A stretch of 64,000 nucleotides of DNA from a bacterium (Candidatus Blackallbacteria) CG13_big_fil_rev_8_21_14_2_50_49_14 (GTDB lineage Bacteria; Cyanobacteriota; Sericytochromatia; UBA7694). The stretch covers positions 194,940 to 258,939 of the forward strand of contig PFGG01000035.1 in assembly GCA_002783405.1 (NCBI GenBank), written 5' to 3'. Position numbers and translations under genes: made by a program. Shown here in pieces: positions 58,373-64,000 of this stretch (position 1 is its first letter; each line of letters begins with the position of its first letter). The notes under the pieces are model-generated. The model was not told where the DNA came from and did not search any database. It saw nothing but the letters and a program-made list of their open reading frames with translations.

Positions 58373-59392
58373 TTATAGTTTTCCGGAATAAATCCGGCGT
58401 ATTGCAGATAAGTGCTCTGGATAGCTTTTAGAAAAAGCATGAGAGCCATCTCCACGGGCAACAAAATACAAATATGGTGTTTTTTCAGGAAATAACACCG
58501 CTTTTATTGCCGCAAGTCCGGGATTCCCAATTGGACCCGGTGTTAGTCCCTTATAACGATAGGTATTATAAGGGGAGTCGACTTGAATGTCTTTAAGAGA
58601 AAGTCCTTTGGGCCCCTGATGCCAGCCCAGAGCATATTCTGTAGTTGGATCAGACTCCAACTTCATCCCAATTGAAAGTCGCTTTAAGAAAACCCCCGCA
58701 ATGATGGGCAATTCGCGATCCAAAAGCCCTTCAAGTTCAACAATAGAAGCGAGGGTTACCGTTTGGTACAAATTTAGCGTATGTCCAGCAGGACGCTTTT
58801 TCCAAAGCGGTAGAATGACCTCTTCAAAACGTTTGAGCTGCGCCTGTATCAACTGTTTTTCTTCGCCATCTAAATAATAGGTATCTGGAAAAAGAAAGCC
58901 CTCAAGACCATTCTTTAAAGTTTCTTGAGATAAAAAAGGAAAACGGCGAAGCAGCTCCTGCTCAGGTTTCTTGGCAATTTCAAGATAACGCTCTGGAGAA
59001 AGCAGGTATTCAGACAAACGTCGCGAAGCCTGCTCAGCACGGTAGCCTTCGGGAATCGTATAGGGAATTTTTTCGGTTTTCCCCAGTACCATGGTCTCCA
59101 AAATTTCAGACGAAGACTGGCGGGCTGAGAAACGGTAATAACCAGACTGTAAACGGTTTTGCCAGCCCTTGATCCGAGCATAGAGTTTAAAGGCCCGCAT
59201 ATCACGAATCAAGTGTTCTTGATTTAAAGTCTCGGTGACTTGATAAAGCGAAGCACCATTTTGAATACGTAAAAGTTTATCCTGGGAGGCTGGGTCAAGG
59301 GGACTTAAATAATGAAAGAAAACAGCAGCAGAAATAACTCCTGCAAGCACGATTGCTAAAATGAAAAAGACCAAGCCACGTAAAAAGGACAT
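58373..59392 (-). CDS. mltG: Endolytic murein transglycosylase MltG (YceG-like)
   Basis: N-terminal TM anchor and the YceG-like domain (...GFLFPDTYYL...). 339 aa. Confidence 0.75.
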   Translation of the reverse strand: MSFLRGLVFFILAIVLAGVISAAVFFHYLSPLDPASQDKLLRIQNGASLYQVTETLNQEHLIRDMRAFKLYARIKGWQNRLQSGYYRFSARQSSSEILETMVLGKTEKIPYTIPEGYRAEQASRRLSEYLLSPERYLEIAKKPEQELLRRFPFLSQETLKNGLEGFLFPDTYYLDGEEKQLIQAQLKRFEEVILPLWKKRPAGHTLNLYQTVTLASIVELEGLLDRELPIIAGVFLKRLSIGMKLESDPTTEYALGWHQGPKGLSLKDIQVDSPYNTYRYKGLTPGPIGNPGLAAIKAVLFPEKTPYLYFVARGDGSHAFSKSYPEHLSAIRRIYSGKL

Positions 59393-59395
59393 GCG

Positions 59396-59917
59396 CTAAT
59401 CCAAATAGAAAGCCGTAACTATTTTATGCTGCTCATGTGCGAATTGAATCGTCTGTTTCAGCGTCATACTGGTGTGATAGAGAAAAATAACCAATTGCTG
59501 GCACTTCCCTATAATCTCGGAATAACATAATTCACTGGCTTGGGCCAAAGTCATATTGTTACGTTCAGGATATTCAATGACGGTTTTCAACGTACTTAAT
59601 TGTTCACGGCTTTCATCGGGCTGTTGCTCAATGGTCTGAGGTAAAATCACGGTTAAATTATCCGGATTGGCTCTTTGCACCCCTTTAATCACAGCAAAAT
59701 TCGTACCTGGAGCTCCACTGGTGATAATGTGGTTATCATCAAGCGAAAGAGCATAGGCCAAGGTTTCTATCAATTGTTGGTGCGCAAAAGAAATATGCCG
59801 ACTGCCAATAAAAGCAATTTTTTTCGAACCTTTGGACTGAAGGAGTTGCAACTCCTCCAAAAATGTATCCAATTTGTTGTCTGTCAAGGTATCTGCGTTT
59901 CCGGATTGTTGTGCCAT
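59396..59917 (-). CDS. Rossmann-fold DprA/Smf-like (SLOG superfamily) protein
   Basis: KIAFIGSRHISFAHQQLIETLAYALSLDDNHIITSGAPGTNFAVIKG resembles the DprA/Smf nucleotide-binding core. It is too short for full DprA. Weak call. Confidence 0.35.
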   Translation of the reverse strand: MAQQSGNADTLTDNKLDTFLEELQLLQSKGSKKIAFIGSRHISFAHQQLIETLAYALSLDDNHIITSGAPGTNFAVIKGVQRANPDNLTVILPQTIEQQPDESREQLSTLKTVIEYPERNNMTLAQASELCYSEIIGKCQQLVIFLYHTSMTLKQTIQFAHEQHKIVTAFYLD

Positions 59918-60061
59918 AAATGGATCAGACTTTCACCCTTCCAAAGAATATGCTAGGCCGTGTCAGACACGGATGGACACAGCCATTGTAGCATAACCCA
60001 TGAATCCAAAGCGTTAAGCCCAGGTAAGCCAAACGCTGAGAAAAAACAGAATTGAAACCCT

Positions 60062-60070
60062 TGTTATAAT
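60062..60070 (+). promoter_or_regulatory. Extended -10 promoter TGtTATAAT upstream of ppc
   Basis: ttgaaacccTTGTTATAATgaag lies about 30 nt before the ATG at 60101. The same TGTTATAAT element occurs at 62892..62900. Confidence 0.4.
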
Positions 60071-60100
60071 GAAGAGCAAAATTGAAAGCAGAAAACGATC

Positions 60101-62863
60101 ATGCCAACAGAGCTAAATGCTGATACAATGGCACCTTTACGGGCTGATATTCGTAAATTGGGTGAAATATTGGGGGCTGTGATTCAAGAACAGGTCAGTC
60201 AAGAATTTTTTGAACTCGAAGAACAAATTCGTGAACTCTGCAAACAGGCCCGCGCAAAAAAAGAAGAAGACCTCAATCTTCAAATTGAAACCTTAATTTC
60301 AGCGCAAACACCTGAAACACTTGTTTACTTAGCCAAGACTTTCGGTCTTTATTTTCAGTTGGTCAACTTGGCCGAACAACGCCATCGCATTCGGCGAAAA
60401 AAAGAATATGAACGGCAAGGGAATCTGATCAAGTATTCTCTGGAATATGCAAGCTCCAAACTCAAGCATTTTAAAGCAGAGCCTGAGTTACTCAGAAAAC
60501 AACTCGCTCAGTTTCAAATTGTGCCTGTGATGACAGCGCATCCCACCCATATTATGCGAAAAACCACAGTGAACAAGCACCGACGCATCACTGAAATACT
60601 TTTTCAACGTGACCTGCCACAATCTCCCAAAGAAGCAGCCCAGTTAGACATGGAACTCAAACATGAAATTACATTGCTTTGGCAGAGCAATCCCTTTCAT
60701 ATCAAAAAAGTATCCGTGACAGACGAAGCTGAAAACCTGTTTTTATATTTTGAAAACGCACTTTGGGAAATACTGCCCAAACTCTATAACGATCTTGAGT
60801 ATTTCTTAAAGCAGGAAGATATCCAGATCCAACTACCCAGTATGCTCCGTTTCGGCTCCTGGATTGGCGGCGATCGGGATGGACACCCCTTTGTAACAGC
60901 CACAGTCACACAAACCGTATTACAAGAGCAAAAAAACTTTGTGCTAAGAAAATATGAAAAAACCCTGGCAATGCTTGAAGATCATCTCAGTTCTTCTCTC
61001 ATGAACCAAACCGTCAGCGCAAATTTTTTAGACAGTCTGCTTCAAGACAAAATCAAGCATCCAGAAATAGCGCAATTGTTGATCCAAAAATACCCTCAAG
61101 AGCTTTACCGTCAAAAATTGGGCTTCATCAAATACAAACTGGCCAATACTTCACATATGAACTATCATCCAGAACAAAACCAGCTCACAAATTACTACCA
61201 CGATGCACAAGCGTTAAAACAAGAGCTTGAACTGCTTTTGCAAAGTTTGGAGCAAAATAAAGCACAAAGTGCCGGACAGCCTTTAAAGGATTTTATTCGA
61301 CAAGTAGAAACCTTTGATTTTTGTCTGGCGACGCTTGATATACGCCAGCACGCCGCTGTACATGCACAAGCCATTCAGGAAATCTTTGAACAGACCCAAG
61401 TCTGCTCAGATTATCTTCAGCTCTCTGAGTCAGAAAAACAAAAACTTCTGCTTCAAGAGCTCAGAAATCCACGTCCGCTTCTCTCCCCCTTTCAAGTTTT
61501 ATCTGAACCCAGCCAAGAACTGTTAAACACATTGCATCAAATTCGCAAGTCTCGAGAAACGATCAGCAAAAAAGCAATCGAAAACTATATCATCAGCACC
61601 TGCGCCAAAGCTTCGGATATTTTGCACCTCTTACTCCTGTTTAAAGAAACAGGTTTGGCAAGTTTTCAAGCTGAAAACAGATTCTGTGAACTCAATTTGA
61701 TTCCTCTTTTTGAAACGGTTGCAGATCTCAAAGACGCTCCCCAAATTATGGAATCTTTGTATCAATTAGAGGAATACAGAGATCTCATTCGCCACAAAAA
61801 AAACACCCAGGAAATTATGTTGGGCTATTCTGACAGCGCCAAAGAAGCAGGAATATTAGCCGCCAGTTGGCACCTGTATCAAACTCAACAGAACCTGATG
61901 AAAGTAAGTCAAAAGTATCAGATCAATCTTCGCTTCTTTCATGGGCGTGGAGGCACCATCAGCCGAGGGGGGGGGCCCTCCCACCATGCTATTCTGGCGC
62001 AACCCCCAGAAACCGTCCAAGGCGATATTCGTATCACAGAACAAGGAGAGGTTTTATCCTGGAAATATATGTTCCCAGAAATGGCACATCGGAATTTATC
62101 TGTTTTGTTTTCTGCGCTTACAGAAGTCTGTCTCCTGGCCCAGAACACACCCAAAACCCATGAAGAGAAAAGCTGGGCCCTACTTGAATCTCTGGCTCAA
62201 AAGAGCTATCACAAGTACAGACAACTGGTAGAATCCCCTGATTTTATTGTGTTTTTTAAATCAGCCACGCCTTTGGAATCGATCAGCCACCTGAATATTG
62301 GCTCCAGACCTTCCAGCCGTAAAAAATCTGACAGGATCGAAGATTTGCGGGCGATTCCATGGGTTTTTTCCTGGATGCAATCACGATGTGTGATGCCTGC
62401 TTGGTATGGCGTAGGCAGTGCTTTTGAAGACAGCATGAACAATTCAGAACAAAAAAAGCTGATTCAGAAAATGTACCAGGAATGGCCTTTCTTTCAGGTT
62501 TTGATTGATAATTTGCAAATGACCCTGTCCAAAGCAGATATGAATATTGCCTCGGGCTATGCCAACCTGGCCCCCCTTTCAACTCAGAAAAGTATCTGGT
62601 TAGAGATTCGAGCTGAATACCTTAAAACCTGTCAGGTGGTTTTAGAAATCACTGGCCAAATCCAGATTTTGGAAAAAAGCCCCGTATTACAAAAATCAAT
62701 CGCCTTAAGAAATCCCTATGTAGATCCTCTCAATTATATCCAGTTGGATCTTTTGAAAAGACTGCGTGAAAAAACCCATGAAAACACAGAACAAACACAA
62801 CTTAAGCAAGCACTCAACCTGAGTATCATGGGCATTTCAGAAGGTTTGCGCAATACAGGCTAA
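60101..62863 (+). CDS. ppc: Phosphoenolpyruvate carboxylase
   Basis: 920 aa. Contains MLGYSDSAKEAG (active-site loop), FHGRGGTISRGGGP (Gly-rich loop), and the C-terminal ...GLRNTG end typical of PEPC. Confidence 0.9.
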   Translation: MPTELNADTMAPLRADIRKLGEILGAVIQEQVSQEFFELEEQIRELCKQARAKKEEDLNLQIETLISAQTPETLVYLAKTFGLYFQLVNLAEQRHRIRRKKEYERQGNLIKYSLEYASSKLKHFKAEPELLRKQLAQFQIVPVMTAHPTHIMRKTTVNKHRRITEILFQRDLPQSPKEAAQLDMELKHEITLLWQSNPFHIKKVSVTDEAENLFLYFENALWEILPKLYNDLEYFLKQEDIQIQLPSMLRFGSWIGGDRDGHPFVTATVTQTVLQEQKNFVLRKYEKTLAMLEDHLSSSLMNQTVSANFLDSLLQDKIKHPEIAQLLIQKYPQELYRQKLGFIKYKLANTSHMNYHPEQNQLTNYYHDAQALKQELELLLQSLEQNKAQSAGQPLKDFIRQVETFDFCLATLDIRQHAAVHAQAIQEIFEQTQVCSDYLQLSESEKQKLLLQELRNPRPLLSPFQVLSEPSQELLNTLHQIRKSRETISKKAIENYIISTCAKASDILHLLLLFKETGLASFQAENRFCELNLIPLFETVADLKDAPQIMESLYQLEEYRDLIRHKKNTQEIMLGYSDSAKEAGILAASWHLYQTQQNLMKVSQKYQINLRFFHGRGGTISRGGGPSHHAILAQPPETVQGDIRITEQGEVLSWKYMFPEMAHRNLSVLFSALTEVCLLAQNTPKTHEEKSWALLESLAQKSYHKYRQLVESPDFIVFFKSATPLESISHLNIGSRPSSRKKSDRIEDLRAIPWVFSWMQSRCVMPAWYGVGSAFEDSMNNSEQKKLIQKMYQEWPFFQVLIDNLQMTLSKADMNIASGYANLAPLSTQKSIWLEIRAEYLKTCQVVLEITGQIQILEKSPVLQKSIALRNPYVDPLNYIQLDLLKRLREKTHENTEQTQLKQALNLSIMGISEGLRNTG

Positions 62864-62891
62864 ATTTCATCAGAGAAGAATAAATTGAAGG

Positions 62892-62900
62892 TGTTATAAT
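62892..62900 (+). promoter_or_regulatory. Extended -10 promoter TGtTATAAT upstream of the last gene
   Basis: aaggTGTTATAATacag is followed by the AAAAGGAGA Shine-Dalgarno (62922..62930) and the ATG at 62939. Confidence 0.4.
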
Positions 62901-62938
62901 ACAGCACATTCAAAGCTAGGCAAAAGGAGACTTCCCTG

Positions 62939-64000
62939 ATGAAACGCAGTTCTTTATATACCATGTTGGCCCTTAGCTGCTCCTTACTATTTTCAGCTAC
63001 AGCCCAAGCAGAAACAGGCAAAACCGAAAAAAAACCAGTTCAAACTGAATCCACTTTTCGCTTTATTGATCCCAATCCCGCAGCTACGGCTAATTTTGGC
63101 TGGGGTCGTTTTCGTCTGCCCTCGGTACGCGTTGATATAGGCAGCAGTGTGCCTGTCGACAAATCGATTCAAGATTTCACCAGCTTGGGGAAATCGATCG
63201 CAACCCTCACCAACGGTCTACTCCAAGGTCAAACCATTGACAGCACCACCGCAACCAATACCAAAAACCAAATCAATACAGCACTGGCCCCCTTCCAATC
63301 AGGTGTGCGTATGGATTATGAGACCGAAATTGCCTTGTTCAGTTTCGCAGGTGCCCCCGTACAGGGTTTGCAGATCGCCAATCGCCCGATCACTCTGGGA
63401 TTCAATATTGGCGCAGAAACAAGAGGCTATGTGAACGCCAAGTTTTCACAAAGCTTCAGTGAGGGTCTGACAACACTGACAGATTCTATTCCCACCCTTT
63501 TATCCACCGGCTCAAGCCTCACCAGCATTGTAAGCGACGCTCAAAGCCTGACGGGCAAAGTCACACAACTCACCAGTGATATTACCCAACTGACAGCGCA
63601 GGGAACGCAATTGGTTTCCAACCCCCTCTCTGCAACTCCGCAGCAAATTGCAGATATACAAACCCTGACCAAACAGGTCTCCACCAACGTCGATCAACTG
63701 ATTACACCAGCGCGTCAGCTCACCAAAACAGTGACCGACGCGACCAGCACCACACGTGGTCTTCTGAACACCATTCAAGGAGCGGCATCAGGAGGCGTCA
63801 GTGTCGACAGTGCCAATGATCTGCACATGACGCTGGCCCTTTCCGGAGCTTACCCAGTCTATGAAACCGAAGACGTCAAAATCTCTGTAGGCACCAATCT
63901 GAAACTCTTTTTAATGCCCTTTAATGTTCCCTTTCGCAGCTTGGGCTTAAACAGCGATTCTTCGATCATGGGACAAATTAAAGTCACTGATTTCAGTGGT
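62939..64000 (+). CDS. Secreted hypothetical protein (N-terminal part; continues beyond the window end), Thr/Gln/Leu-rich with heptad-like QLT repeats
   Basis: Signal peptide MKRSSLYTMLALSCSLLFSATAQA. No stop appears to position 64000, so the gene is absent from the ORF track. Repeats such as QLTSDITQLTAQGTQLVS...IQTLTKQVSTNVDQLITPARQLTKTV. Confidence 0.6.
   Translation, partial: MKRSSLYTMLALSCSLLFSATAQAETGKTEKKPVQTESTFRFIDPNPAATANFGWGRFRLPSVRVDIGSSVPVDKSIQDFTSLGKSIATLTNGLLQGQTIDSTTATNTKNQINTALAPFQSGVRMDYETEIALFSFAGAPVQGLQIANRPITLGFNIGAETRGYVNAKFSQSFSEGLTTLTDSIPTLLSTGSSLTSIVSDAQSLTGKVTQLTSDITQLTAQGTQLVSNPLSATPQQIADIQTLTKQVSTNVDQLITPARQLTKTVTDATSTTRGLLNTIQGAASGGVSVDSANDLHMTLALSGAYPVYETEDVKISVGTNLKLFLMPFNVPFRSLGLNSDSSIMGQIKVTDFSG

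Overview
This 64-kb window reads as core chromosome of an AT-rich, diderm, aerobic, flagellated bacterium; I cannot place the phylum from sequence alone. I judged AT-richness and all motifs by eye, with no computation. I saw no CRISPR array, rRNA, transposase or integrase. Two tRNAs are present on the minus strand, Asn-GTT and Ala-GGC. Gene content, in order along the window: (1) rodA (partial, at the window edge), mrdA (PBP2), a Sco1/SenC paralogue and heme O synthase ctaB. (2) Two tandem caa3-type cytochrome c oxidase operons. Operon 1 (4.7-10.0 kb) is coxB1-ctaD1-subunit III-subunit IV, followed by an extra 4-TM subunit-III-like protein, a small Cys-rich membrane protein and a second Sco paralogue. 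Operon 2 (10.4-16.2 kb) is coxB2-ctaD2-subunit III, then a subunit IV fused to cytochrome c, CtaG, and a membrane-anchored cytochrome c that carries an internal 69-nt tandem duplication. (3) A lone flagellar hook/rod-family gene with a sigma-28-like -10 element, beside several small unknown genes. (4) An M23 peptidase, methylcrotonyl-CoA carboxylase beta, mnmA, a putative 2OG-oxygenase, an unusual ABC ATPase with N-terminal TM helices, enolase and a standalone Rieske protein. (5) lptD-lptG, an ArnB-like aminotransferase, a PEGA-repeat protein, and an HTH_17-plus-coiled-coil protein beside tRNA-Asn. (6) A Flp-like prepilin downstream of two lipoprotein genes, a membrane-anchored spermidine-synthase-like protein, a 924-aa double GT-C glycosyltransferase, a ROK kinase, a DUF342 protein and nth. 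(7) flbD-motA-motB, with a divergent unknown gene translationally coupled to a CheY-like receiver and a perfect palindrome in the intergenic region. (8) Two lipoprotein genes, ktrAB/trkAH, a DUF47-PiT phosphate pair, lptF/G-lptB, an orphan MalK-like ATPase, mltG, a DprA-like protein, ppc, and a secreted protein truncated at the window end. The two edge-truncated genes (rodA and the final secreted protein) are absent from the supplied ORF track. The most unusual parts are the accessory content of the duplicated oxidase operons, the unknown small genes around the flagellar hook gene, the unknown-gene-plus-CheY module divergent from flbD-motAB, and several operons of unknown lipoproteins or membrane proteins.
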